DNA from: Thermofilaceae archaeon
Lineage (GTDB): Archaea; Thermoproteota; Thermoprotei; Thermofilales; Thermofilaceae
Length of the DNA stretch: 64,000 nt
Direction of reading: 5' to 3'
Assembly (NCBI GenBank): GCA_038861545.1
Contig: JAWCCZ010000001.1
Span: 224,001 to 288,000 of the forward strand
The notes under the pieces are model-generated. The model was not told the origin of the DNA and did no database searches. It saw nothing but the letters and a program-made list of their open reading frames with translations. How positions within the stretch are numbered: the first letter of the stretch is position 1; the number at the start of each line of letters is the position of its first letter. Of the stretch, positions 48,313-58,074 are shown one piece after another. Made by a program: the position numbers and the translations under genes.

Positions 48313-49116
48313 GTGAACTCCGGCAAAAGGGTTAGGTTAGCTAGAATTTTTAGGAGAGGTAGAGCATTGATCCTAGCGATAGACCATGGTTTGAAGGTGG
48401 GTCCACTTAGGGGGATTGAAAACCCAAGGAAGGTAGCTGAATTAGCAGTTGCAGAGGAAGTAGACGCGATAATGGCAACTCCTCCTATTATCGAATATAT
48501 ATCGGACTTTCTATCAGACCTCTATGCTATCGCACGGGTCGACGGCGGAGCGACGTCAATAGGTCCCAATATCACCAATGATATCACTTTATTTACAATT
48601 GAGGAGGCTATCAATGTAGGGGCAGATGCGGTTGTCGCTTTTGGTTACATGGGTATAGAAAAGGAGAGTGTGCAAATTAAGAAACTTTCGCAGGTAGCTA
48701 GCGAATGCAAAAGATTAGGTATACCTCTAATCGCTGAGATGCTACCAGTAGACCTAGTTAAACACCATTTCTCAGGAGGAGATCGTAACTTGAACCCGGA
48801 GAGCATAGCACTGGCTGCTCGAGTTGGATGGGAAGTAGGTGCCGATGCTGTAAAAACATACTACACAGGCGACCCTGAAACTTTTAAACGGGTTGTCAAT
48901 TCATGCCCGATACCGATACTAGTATTGGGAGGGCCTCCAGTTGAGGATTTCGTTGCTTTTCTGGAACAGATCGAAAGTGCCCTTAAAACTGGTGCACAAG
49001 GGGTAATTGTAGGTCGGAATATTTGGCAACATCCGACTCCCAGGCAAGCCCTCAAAGCTCTCAGTAAAGTTGTACACGAGGGTTGCATCGCCAAGGAGGC
49101 TGTAGGGAAAGCATAA
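48313..49116 (+). CDS. Class I (DhnA/LsrF-type) aldolase
   Basis: AIDHG, GADAVKTYY Schiff-base Lys, LGGP and GRNIWQ motifs. Confidence 0.9.
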   Translation: MNSGKRVRLARIFRRGRALILAIDHGLKVGPLRGIENPRKVAELAVAEEVDAIMATPPIIEYISDFLSDLYAIARVDGGATSIGPNITNDITLFTIEEAINVGADAVVAFGYMGIEKESVQIKKLSQVASECKRLGIPLIAEMLPVDLVKHHFSGGDRNLNPESIALAARVGWEVGADAVKTYYTGDPETFKRVVNSCPIPILVLGGPPVEDFVAFLEQIESALKTGAQGVIVGRNIWQHPTPRQALKALSKVVHEGCIAKEAVGKA

Positions 49117-49269
49117 AATACTTTTCCCTATGCAAGGTTGCCATTATTCAATGCAGTACTAATTGATTGCCTAGGGCAAAAGCATTTTTAGTAATTGATC
49201 TACCTCATAATACACTTATATCAACGCTATTCTTAAAGTTGAGCTAGGGTTTGGTCTTAGCGATACGCT

Positions 49270-51414
49270 ATGGTCTTATCGAAAGAGTTCGTTAGCAAAC
49301 TTCTCGATTTACAAAGACCTGAAGAGCTAATGCTTCCGATAGAACCCAGAGTAGATCATGCTGATCACATGGTAAAAACCGCTTTACTTGGCTGGAGTGA
49401 GCTGGCCGCTGATCATATATTACATTTCGAGGTTAGTGACAAGCTTCCTGCGCTGATATCTTCTCTAGTTAGGAAGTCAGAGATCTTACTCAGGACGCAC
49501 ACCATAGCAGATGCTCAGGAGGAGGTCCTTAGGGATCGTGTTGCCTGTAGGGTCAGAATCTATGACATGTTAATTGAAACAGCATTAAACTTAGCTGGCT
49601 GTGAGTCTGATTGGGCTTACCTTGAACCTTTATTTGTTGACAAAGCTTTGAGCAACATAGTAGGTGCATTTAAGGAATGGGAAAAGCTCGAGGAGCGTGA
49701 ATTAGGAGGAATCTTTGTTTTAGAGACAGTAGTTGAACGCAAGCTTAGAAAGATGGAGAAAGTGAACAAGGGTAATAGCCTCGTTGCAGCTATAGCTAAG
49801 CTGGTGCGTGAGCGATTAGAGCCAGGCAATTTAGCAGCAAGCTTTATAGAGTCCATGGCTGAGTGCATTCGAGGTAGCTTTTATCGACGTGCATACGAGC
49901 AAGGTTTATGCAAGTTTGGCAACGACTATGCATTAGGCCTCCGTTTCCTTAGACATCTCGGTTTCGTTCAAGTGTCGACAAACCCATTGCTTGCTGCACG
50001 TGCTTACGACGATGAACCTGAGCTTTGGCGAGGTTTCGAGGAGTATACTCGTAGAGTACTAGTTGTAGAACATCCAGAATGGTTTAATGATCCAGAAAAC
50101 CACTTGGATGAGTTAGCGATGGAGGCGACTAGATATGCTCTAATGGATAACTTTTACGTGTTCCGAGTCCCCTTTATACTCTCAGGTTATCATGACGGGT
50201 TAGTCAGCTATCAGCTGAATCCGTTGATAGCTCACGACGCTGAAAGAAGCGTTGAAGCCGTAAAGGTCTTTGCTAACCGCCTTGAAAGGGATTTGAAGGT
50301 GTACGACGAGTATCTATGGTGGGGATATAACGTATCTGAAAAAGGTAGACCCAACCTGGTAGTAAAGGTAGCAGCTGCTTATCCCGCGGCAATAGAAATA
50401 GTAGAAAAAATTAACGAAATGGGTATAGGGCAGAACATTACTCTAAGCTACACGGTTAGTCAAGAGGTGCTTTTAGGTGTCTCGGCGCTAAAGGGGATGG
50501 GCAAGGCCATTAGTAAAGGCCTGTTACCCACTCAGACTTATAACACCAATATGTCCGGCAGGCTGGAAGATCACCTTAGGGAAGTTGCAGCAACCGACTT
50601 GCTACTGAAAGGGCTAGCTCAACTAAGTTGGGAGGAGCGCTGGGCTATACTTGACGAACTTGCTTCAAAACTGGGGGTAAAGCCTGAGGAGTGGAGTAAT
50701 GCGAAAAGCCAGGGTATAAAAACCGCCGTCGAATTTCTATGCAGCACTAGAGTGCTGGGCAGAAACATGACAGACGCTCGATTTCTCCAAGCACTCGCAA
50801 AAACTAATGTTTTTGCGTCAGAAGAAAATATGGTAAGACAGGTCTCAGAGTTAGAAGAAGCGATTAAATTGTCGGGAACTCTTATAGCAAAGCGGGTTTA
50901 CGAGATCTTTTTTGCTCCATGGAATCGAAGTAGATGGATAGAGTACCTTGTTAAGGAAGTAGGCATTGATGAAGAGGATGCAGAGATAGTCTTAGATAGA
51001 CTGGATCTCCTGCCAGCTTCAAAAAGGAAACCGGCTGATACGCTACTCACCTTTTCCTCAAGAAATGTAACCAATACCGAGTTCCCTGATCATCAGTTAA
51101 ACGTTGAAAGAGTTGCTAAGGATATTCGGTTTGATGATATTTGTGAATCTATATTGAAACCGGTAGAGGAAAGGCACATCGGTTTACTGCGTAAAATTCC
51201 GGATTTCGTGAGGGCTTATGAGGCTTCGCCCGAAGTTAATGAATTGCTACACAAAGTTGGCATAAAAGGTGATTATGGTAGCAATGGTATAAGTCCTGCT
51301 GATTGGCCATCATACGGTCCCTGCTTGAAGACCCTGAATGAATTCACCTACGCCTATACATCGTTTAGGTGGAGAGTGGCCCAGTTAGCTAAAAGTATAG
51401 GTAAGAGTGGCTGA
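49270..51414 (+). CDS. Transaldolase-family protein with a long N-terminal extension
   Basis: GND, VSTNP, NLVVKV (Schiff-base Lys), NITLSYTVSQ and GRLED motifs; 714 aa. Confidence 0.75.
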   Translation: MVLSKEFVSKLLDLQRPEELMLPIEPRVDHADHMVKTALLGWSELAADHILHFEVSDKLPALISSLVRKSEILLRTHTIADAQEEVLRDRVACRVRIYDMLIETALNLAGCESDWAYLEPLFVDKALSNIVGAFKEWEKLEERELGGIFVLETVVERKLRKMEKVNKGNSLVAAIAKLVRERLEPGNLAASFIESMAECIRGSFYRRAYEQGLCKFGNDYALGLRFLRHLGFVQVSTNPLLAARAYDDEPELWRGFEEYTRRVLVVEHPEWFNDPENHLDELAMEATRYALMDNFYVFRVPFILSGYHDGLVSYQLNPLIAHDAERSVEAVKVFANRLERDLKVYDEYLWWGYNVSEKGRPNLVVKVAAAYPAAIEIVEKINEMGIGQNITLSYTVSQEVLLGVSALKGMGKAISKGLLPTQTYNTNMSGRLEDHLREVAATDLLLKGLAQLSWEERWAILDELASKLGVKPEEWSNAKSQGIKTAVEFLCSTRVLGRNMTDARFLQALAKTNVFASEENMVRQVSELEEAIKLSGTLIAKRVYEIFFAPWNRSRWIEYLVKEVGIDEEDAEIVLDRLDLLPASKRKPADTLLTFSSRNVTNTEFPDHQLNVERVAKDIRFDDICESILKPVEERHIGLLRKIPDFVRAYEASPEVNELLHKVGIKGDYGSNGISPADWPSYGPCLKTLNEFTYAYTSFRWRVAQLAKSIGKSG

Positions 51415-51462
51415 TGCAGTACTCAGGACTGGGTAGCAAGGTATAACTGTCACGTTTTCCCT

Positions 51463-52566
51463 GTGAATGATATGGGCTCTGAAACTACTAAACAGGTTCA
51501 GCTACTGGTAACTTGTAAGGTTGGAATGGAGAGAATCGTCTCTTCCTATATTAAGGAGCTCATCCCGCAAGCTAGTATTGTACCAGCACCTCATGGTTTC
51601 CTCGGTTTAATCCTTGTTTCAAATATAAAGGATCCATATAAAGTTCTGGATGAAATTAAAGCCAAAGTACCTGAGGTGGAAAGGGTTTATCCAATTCTAG
51701 AGTCATGTGAGGCTTTGCTCGATGAGATCGTAAAGTATGCGAAGAAGATTGCTGGTCATATATATGCCGAGGAAAGTTTCGCTGTGGTAACTGTAAGAAG
51801 AGGGAAGCATGATTTTAAGTCCCTAGACGTTAATGTAGCGGTCGGTGCAGCTGTTAAAGAGCTCACAGGAGCAAAAGTTGATCTAGAGAACCCGGATAAA
51901 GTGCTAGTAGTTCAAATACTGCATAACATGGCCTATCTAACAGTAGTGCAAGGCTCCGAGTTCCATAAGAAGATGAAACCGTATAAGTTTCCAATGTATA
52001 AGTTTTTTAGAAAACTCGCCGTGGCACACGAGCCTTATCTCGGTCCGAGTGATGCAGCGTACAATATGGGGACAAGGATTGGAAGAGAAGTTCAGACTTA
52101 CGAGCTCGGCAAACTATACGTAGCTCCGATAGGTCCTGTAGAAGCTGAACCTCTCTATTATTTTCTAAAAGGATTATTTGAAGGGGCAAGATCCCGTTAC
52201 GAGGTTCAAAAGAAAAGCTATGGGCGTGAAGTGCACCGTACGGTCTTCCAAGTACAGGACATGTACCAATGGGTTCGCTCCAGAATGGGAAAGCCTTTAA
52301 TAATTTTCGAGCCAGAAGGTGAGCCGGTCTCTCGCTTAGGAAATGAACTTACAGAGTTTATAATCTCCAATGTTAGAAAGGGGAGGGAAATAGGGTTGAT
52401 GGTCGGGGCTAGAGAGGGTGTGCCAACCGGCTTGTTCAGATACGCGGACTTTATTTTAGATGTAACGCCTGGAGTGATCATATCAACTGAGTACGCATTA
52501 TCTTCGGCCCTGGTAGCTTTAACAACTGTACTACACGGGGCGCTTGCCCAGGAAAACGAGTTTTAG
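51463..52566 (+). CDS. THUMP domain plus SPOUT-type RNA methyltransferase
   Basis: SFAV..VRRG.HDFKS.DVN..VG and VDLENPD THUMP motifs; VGAREGVP SPOUT knot. Confidence 0.85.
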   Translation: MNDMGSETTKQVQLLVTCKVGMERIVSSYIKELIPQASIVPAPHGFLGLILVSNIKDPYKVLDEIKAKVPEVERVYPILESCEALLDEIVKYAKKIAGHIYAEESFAVVTVRRGKHDFKSLDVNVAVGAAVKELTGAKVDLENPDKVLVVQILHNMAYLTVVQGSEFHKKMKPYKFPMYKFFRKLAVAHEPYLGPSDAAYNMGTRIGREVQTYELGKLYVAPIGPVEAEPLYYFLKGLFEGARSRYEVQKKSYGREVHRTVFQVQDMYQWVRSRMGKPLIIFEPEGEPVSRLGNELTEFIISNVRKGREIGLMVGAREGVPTGLFRYADFILDVTPGVIISTEYALSSALVALTTVLHGALAQENEF

Positions 52567-52612
52567 TTTTAAAAATAGCAACACTTAAAGCACGGGTTTT
52601 CCTTAGGGCGGC

Positions 52613-52840
52613 ATGGCTAAAGCGCGTGTTGAAGCTTGCAGCTATAAGGGATGTGCAGAAGCGGCAACTTACATACTTGAGCTTAACGGTAAGAGGTTCA
52701 ATGTTTGCAGAAGCCATTACCGGGAGTTACTACGGCGTTTAGAGGAGAAGGCAAAAGAAATTGGAGTAGCTTCGTTATCGGAGCTAAGTCCAACAGAAGT
52801 TGAAGGTGGGGTCCGCTCTTTTAAGTTTCGCAAAAATTAG
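52613..52840 (+). CDS. Small Cys/His zinc-finger-like protein
   Basis: C-x4-C...C-x2-H pattern; 75 aa. Confidence 0.6.
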   Translation: MAKARVEACSYKGCAEAATYILELNGKRFNVCRSHYRELLRRLEEKAKEIGVASLSELSPTEVEGGVRSFKFRKN

Positions 52841-53178
52841 TGCCACTGCATGCCACCTTAGCTTGTTGGCATTTATTCATAGGTCATTTTTCTATGAAGC
52901 CAAAGCGCGTTTAAGTACTTGAAGCGATTTTAATGTGTGTTAGGAGATTGAGCTAGAATATTAAGAACCAAGGATGACTTAAGAAGGAACATTTACGCCA
53001 AGTATCCGAACGCTAAACTTCTAGACCACCATGTATCGATTTCATGCATAAATAACAGTTCCAGCTTTTTAGAGATCCACTATAATTCTTTTTGAGAACT
53101 ATCGGGATGCAACTGACTAGCCTCTTATACTCTTTTTATAACTTAAATAAATTTAAAGTTTATAAATAAAAATTTGAA

Positions 53179-53397
53179 TCAACCACCATAGAGCCGTTTA
53201 AGGTGCTCCTCCTCCCTATGCGCTATCGTTATAGCACCTGTTGGACAGTGCGTGATGCATGCCCTGCACATCACACATTTGTCTTCGTTAACCGGGTATG
53301 ATTTCCCCCGCTTTATCACAAAAACCCCACTGGGACAGACTTTGTAGCACGTTGCACAGCCGGTGCACCTATTATGGTCAACTATAACGCGCGGCAT
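53179..53397 (-). CDS. 2x[4Fe-4S] ferredoxin
   Basis: Two CxxCxxCxxxCP motifs. Confidence 0.93.
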   Translation of the reverse strand: MPRVIVDHNRCTGCATCYKVCPSGVFVIKRGKSYPVNEDKCVMCRACITHCPTGAITIAHREEEHLKRLYGG

Positions 53398-53406
53398 ATT
53401 TTTCGG

Positions 53407-54366
53407 TTAGGGTACAACCTCTATAATTTCATACTGTTTAGTGCCAAGGCCAGCTTTCTCCGCGGCCTCCACTTGGATGTAAGGATCTTTGCCGTGGATT
53501 TTCAGCCACTTATTGTCTCCGGGCTTCAAACCTAATTTATCGGCGATAGAGCCTGGAATGTTCGGGGCTTCATCGATTATCTTCAGCGAGGCATATTCAA
53601 CGGCAACGATGTCCTCGGAGATCAGGATACCTATGTCGGGTACTATTGGTATGTCTGACCAAGGCGCGCAATCACACATTGTCTGAACATCCATAACGTA
53701 ATTAATATGTAAAGCCTTTCCCCTCTTATTCTTGAGGACGGCCTTTGCAGCGTCCACGCACCCCTCCTGAAAAGCTTTCCCGATGTTGTCAAGTTTCTCG
53801 AGCTGGTGAATCTCGCCACGCGTTTTATAGCTAGTACATCCCATTGCGAGGTTCTTGATCGCTCCACCGATGCCAGGAGCTATATGCCCCTTAACGTGAG
53901 AGAAGTTAATGAGAATATCCGCATCATGAATGTTACCAGCTACTTGAACTTTCTTCAGATGGTAGTAGGTATCGGGCTCCACTTCGTAAAAGAAGTTCTC
54001 TTTAATACCGTTGGCTGGTATGAGAGGCGCACCAACAACGTCATAACCGAAGCCGTTATAGATCCCAGCAAGAACGTGTCTTAACCCCCAAGTATCAGTT
54101 ATGAAAGGGATCCCACCTAGTTGCTTCACGTAATCAACAAGGATGCGTACGAAAACTGGTCTGATGTAGCGGAAGCCGCCTTCCTCCATCGGGCCTACAT
54201 GAACCTTAATAGCCACAATGTTTCCTTTCTCTATAATATTACTGAGTAGCGACTTCTCTAGAGCTTTCTTAAACTTTACAGGGAGGCTCCCTTCCCTGGC
54301 TCGGCTAAAATCTCCACCGCTCGGCGGGGTGAATTGAGCGTTCGCAAAGTAGACTTTGCTAGTCAT
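53407..54366 (-). CDS. DUF362 family Fe-S protein (COG2768-like, no internal ferredoxin)
   Basis: VAIKVHVG, SHVKGH, GGAIKNLAMGC, CDC and DIGIL.S.DIVAVE motifs. Confidence 0.85.
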   Translation of the reverse strand: MTSKVYFANAQFTPPSGGDFSRAREGSLPVKFKKALEKSLLSNIIEKGNIVAIKVHVGPMEEGGFRYIRPVFVRILVDYVKQLGGIPFITDTWGLRHVLAGIYNGFGYDVVGAPLIPANGIKENFFYEVEPDTYYHLKKVQVAGNIHDADILINFSHVKGHIAPGIGGAIKNLAMGCTSYKTRGEIHQLEKLDNIGKAFQEGCVDAAKAVLKNKRGKALHINYVMDVQTMCDCAPWSDIPIVPDIGILISEDIVAVEYASLKIIDEAPNIPGSIADKLGLKPGDNKWLKIHGKDPYIQVEAAEKAGLGTKQYEIIEVVP

Positions 54367-54505
54367 AATCAGGCCCTAAGAGCTATACTATAAAAAAATT
54401 ACGTAATATCTAAAATACCTTTTTAGTTTGCTTTCCTACCTAAACGAATAGAAAAGCCACTTTTTAGTTGGATAAGCTTCGTCTATAACTTATATAGCCA
54501 TGTTA

Positions 54506-56005
54506 CTAACTCCCTGCGTAGCGTATGTAAACGTTCATTCTATCTTCCTCAACAGTAGAGGAATAACCTGCTTTAATTAGTTCCTCCATTGAAAGCCTTA
54601 ACCATTGGCCAAAGTAACCGGAAGCCGTGTTATCGGGATCGATTGTTGATAGATCTCTATAGCCCAGCTGTTTAGCCACAGGTATCAGTACGTATTTTGA
54701 TGCCCAGTAATCTAATGCTGCTGGATCTTGGCTAGCCGCTATTATGTTCACCATAACGGCTCGATCGTAGGGAGTTGAGGGGCCTCCTCTGGGATGTGGA
54801 TTGATCCAGATCGAGTCAAGGATATTAAGAATGGGTACACGCGTTTCCACCATCACAGTACCCATACCCCCTTTACCTACACTGTTGTGCGGGTTATGGC
54901 CTGTTAATCGATCGCTAACCACTCCCATATAATGTTTTATACACGCCGTTACACCATATATCGAATGAGTTTTCAATACGGGTACGTTTAGCACCTTTAG
55001 CCTTGAGCTATTATATTCCTCTTTCTCCGGATTCCATACACCTAGCTTAAAACTAATGTAAGTACCATACTTAGTTTTAAACTTGGGATAAGAAACCACG
55101 ATTCCAGTCCTGGGGTTTTGCGCATCGTAAACTACGTATCCATCTTCCAGGTCGCCATCGCTGTACTCCTTTGCACGCTTCAGCGTAATGGTATCCCATA
55201 GGTACGTTGAAACTCTATAACCCTGCCCGGCGAAGAAGTCCGCAACCTTCTGCATAGACTGAGAGGTATCCTCTGCGTTATTTTCCTTCCAGTCTAGGCT
55301 ACCTCCTATGCCCTGGCTTCCGTACTGTGCCTGTCCATTATCGGCTATAACTATTTCACCAGTAAACCCATCAGGATGATTTATGATCACCTGGATCAAT
55401 GATTTCACCAGATCTGTACTCGTGCCACCACGCTGATCCCACTGAGAATTTACCTTAATTATAACTACATCATCAGCCGCTATTAATCCATTTGGCCCCA
55501 TGGTTTTTTCAGTTTTATCCGACCTGTAGAATTTCACTCCATGTTCCCCCATTAACTCGATTAACGCTAAAAGGTCGTTTTCCTTTCCCCTTGCACCGGT
55601 TACAACGAATATGCTTGAAGCAGGTTGCTCTGAGGCTATCCACTCTTTTATTTCTAACTGGATTGCTCTACTTGGCTTAAAGGCTATCATGTAAGTTATA
55701 AATCCCGCCGCTACAAGCGCAGCGAGCATTAGTAGTAATGTAATCCTTTTTCCCGTGAAAATCCGTATAAGAGGGGTGGTTAGTGGTATAACATAAATGG
55801 CCAACCATAAACTCGCGTTGGTTAAAGCGGCTTTTTGGCATGGATACTGAATCCGAGATGGTTTAGTGCCGGTACGCAGTAGGAACCAAATCAAGCTTGC
55901 AAGACCTATGATAAAGAAACGGTCAAATCGGTTACAAATGACCGAGTTTCCTTTGTTTTTATCGATGCTAGATGCTTCCAGCCAGAGTTTCTTAAGTGCT
56001 TCCAC
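54506..56005 (-). CDS. Membrane-anchored DUF362 family protein
   Basis: N-terminal TMs with PSRIQYPCQ; VIIKVN, PVLKTH, GVTACIKHYMG and DPAALD motifs. Confidence 0.8.
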   Translation of the reverse strand: MEALKKLWLEASSIDKNKGNSVICNRFDRFFIIGLASLIWFLLRTGTKPSRIQYPCQKAALTNASLWLAIYVIPLTTPLIRIFTGKRITLLLMLAALVAAGFITYMIAFKPSRAIQLEIKEWIASEQPASSIFVVTGARGKENDLLALIELMGEHGVKFYRSDKTEKTMGPNGLIAADDVVIIKVNSQWDQRGGTSTDLVKSLIQVIINHPDGFTGEIVIADNGQAQYGSQGIGGSLDWKENNAEDTSQSMQKVADFFAGQGYRVSTYLWDTITLKRAKEYSDGDLEDGYVVYDAQNPRTGIVVSYPKFKTKYGTYISFKLGVWNPEKEEYNSSRLKVLNVPVLKTHSIYGVTACIKHYMGVVSDRLTGHNPHNSVGKGGMGTVMVETRVPILNILDSIWINPHPRGGPSTPYDRAVMVNIIAASQDPAALDYWASKYVLIPVAKQLGYRDLSTIDPDNTASGYFGQWLRLSMEELIKAGYSSTVEEDRMNVYIRYAGS

Positions 56006-56167
56006 ATAATTACTACTTTAACGGTTTTATAGGTTTTGACTTTAACAGGATCCTATCAGAGTTCCACTTTGTTTATCAGTTAGTTAAAAGTCGTTAAAAA
56101 TTTTGCTATAAAGTAATTTTATAATAATAATTCTTTTTTACTTGAGTTTAACAAACAATATGTTATC

Positions 56168-56659
56168 ATGACATCTAAATGGCTTCCCCGGGGGTTATCT
56201 ACACTTGGTCTACTAGTCCTTTTATGTTCGTTTAGAAATCCCTGGGTAATCATGCGAGTAGGGGACTTAAAGATCAGTTACACTCCCTATAGTCTGCTAG
56301 ACTGGTTGGCTAGCGGAGGACAGGCCTCAGCGTTGGAATTACTCACTATAGCGGAAAACCTAGAGGCAGCCGTTCGTCTTTACTCCATTTTCCTTTTGCA
56401 TTCGTTTCTTTTTGCGCTTGCATTAATTATCTGTTTATTAACTCCGATTACTGCATCCGTCGGCAGTTGTGCATTGTCAGCAGTTTTTTCAATAGCGTCG
56501 CTTGCAACGCTTCACTATTTCATTGAAGAGTTGGTTAAGGAACTGAAAGCTTCGGGAGTAGCATGTGGCTTTCAGCTTGGAAGCGGGGCAATGTTAATCA
56601 CTTTTTCAATAATCCTTTACTTGGGAGGGGCGTTATCGGCTTGGCGCATATCAAAATAG
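56168..56659 (+). CDS. Hypothetical 4-TM membrane protein
   Basis: Four hydrophobic segments in 163 aa. Confidence 0.65.
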   Translation: MTSKWLPRGLSTLGLLVLLCSFRNPWVIMRVGDLKISYTPYSLLDWLASGGQASALELLTIAENLEAAVRLYSIFLLHSFLFALALIICLLTPITASVGSCALSAVFSIASLATLHYFIEELVKELKASGVACGFQLGSGAMLITFSIILYLGGALSAWRISK

Positions 56660-56742
56660 CTTTGTCCTCGGTAGTTACTGACTCATGTATCAATTATTAA
56701 CTAAAGTAAAAAGATATATTGACCCTATATCAAACCCTCACC

Positions 56743-56851
56743 GGGCCGGTAGATCAGACTGGGAGATCGTCCGCTTGGCATGCGGGAGATCCTCTCGAGA
56801 AAGCCTCGAGAGAACCCGATGCCCCGGGTTCAAGTCCCGGCCGGTCCACCA
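56743..56851 (+). tRNA. tRNA-Ala(GGC) with a 32-nt intron at position 45/46 and encoded CCA
   Basis: Acceptor GGGCCGG/CCGGTCC with G3:U70, anticodon GGC at 56777-56779, T arm CCGGG-TTCAAGT-CCCGG, and intron 56789-56820 bounded by a BHB-like motif. Confidence 0.95.
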
Positions 56852-56931
56852 CTCAGATCCTTTGACGTTCATCTATGAACTATAAGTTCCGAAAAGTTTT
56901 AAACGATAGCTTATAGAGTAACCAGGTTGTT

Positions 56932-58044
56932 ATGAAGGAGAAAATACTCCTACTGCTGGGTCTGGTAGCTATAGCGATGATAGCAGTAGTGATCGTGGAC
57001 TTAGCAGCAAGCTGGGGTGCCCCTGGCTTAACAGTTTCATACTCGTGGTGGCTTGTAGGCTTAGTTGGATACGCTATATCAATGATTACCCTTGTTACTG
57101 CGTACGGTATCTTTGGAAGACGCCTTTCACCGACGCCAGTTAGCTTAGGAGGATTAAGAGCCTCCATGTTAGCCACTAGTGCGGCGGTTATAGGTGGTTG
57201 GATAATCATCTTAGCTTTTCTCTCGGCTTTTCTAAATCCGGAATTAATTTCACAGTTAACTTTCCTTTCACTGGTTTACGCAGCGATACCCTCACTATTT
57301 TCTTGGCTTCTATCGCCAGCGCTCATTAATTTAATCTATGGTTGTCATCCTGACCCCTCTATTCAGGAGGTTGTTAACAGGGTTGCCGCTAAGGCTGGTA
57401 TGAAGCCACCAAAAGCGATGATCGCTAGAATGAAGGAACCCAACGCTTTCGCTTACTCTTCACCCATACTTGGTAGCTATATCGCCGTGACAGAGGGTAT
57501 GTTGCACATCTCTAGGGTAGAGGAGTTAGAGGCTGTAATAGGCCACGAGCTGGGGCACCATAAGCATAGGGATAACGTCGTAGTCCTGGTCTTTGGATTG
57601 TTACCCTCTGTCATCTATTTCCTCGGCAGGTACCTTATGTATGCTGGCATGTACTCAAGGTACTATTATGACGGTGATCGGAGTAGAAGGAGCGAAGGTA
57701 ACTTTGTTTTTCTCTTGACTGGTATAGCCTTAATGGCCATAAGCGTGCTTATTCAGCTCGGTGTCCTAGCTCTCTCCAGGCTACGCGAGTTCTACGCGGA
57801 TGCTCATGGTGCTAAGGTAACCACACCAGATTCTATGATTGGGGCACTGCACTCTCTTAATTCGTTTTACAATAGGTATAAGGCAGCAAGGGCTAAAGTA
57901 GATAGTAGCAAGCTAAAAATGCTTTTCATTTATGCTTTAACCGATCCATATATTGGCTTCGAGGAATTGTTATCTACCCATCCGCCAATAGAGAAAAGAA
58001 TCGCTTTTCTGAGCTCGCTTAGAGGTACCAGTATTAAAGCATAG
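56932..58044 (+). CDS. htpX: M48 zinc metalloprotease HtpX
   Basis: PNAFA, HELGH, SRLREFYAD and STHPP..KRI motifs. Confidence 0.93.
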   Translation: MKEKILLLLGLVAIAMIAVVIVDLAASWGAPGLTVSYSWWLVGLVGYAISMITLVTAYGIFGRRLSPTPVSLGGLRASMLATSAAVIGGWIIILAFLSAFLNPELISQLTFLSLVYAAIPSLFSWLLSPALINLIYGCHPDPSIQEVVNRVAAKAGMKPPKAMIARMKEPNAFAYSSPILGSYIAVTEGMLHISRVEELEAVIGHELGHHKHRDNVVVLVFGLLPSVIYFLGRYLMYAGMYSRYYYDGDRSRRSEGNFVFLLTGIALMAISVLIQLGVLALSRLREFYADAHGAKVTTPDSMIGALHSLNSFYNRYKAARAKVDSSKLKMLFIYALTDPYIGFEELLSTHPPIEKRIAFLSSLRGTSIKA

Positions 58045-58074
58045 GCAATATAACCCTTTGATTTTTTCTTTTCT

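Noticed and set aside
56789-56820. Hairpin as a terminator, or tRNA as an integration site
   Set aside because: The hairpin is the tRNA intron. No duplicated tRNA 3' end or integrase was noticed in the window.
56685-56885. 66-aa ORF
   Set aside because: It overlaps the tRNA-Ala gene entirely and is spurious.
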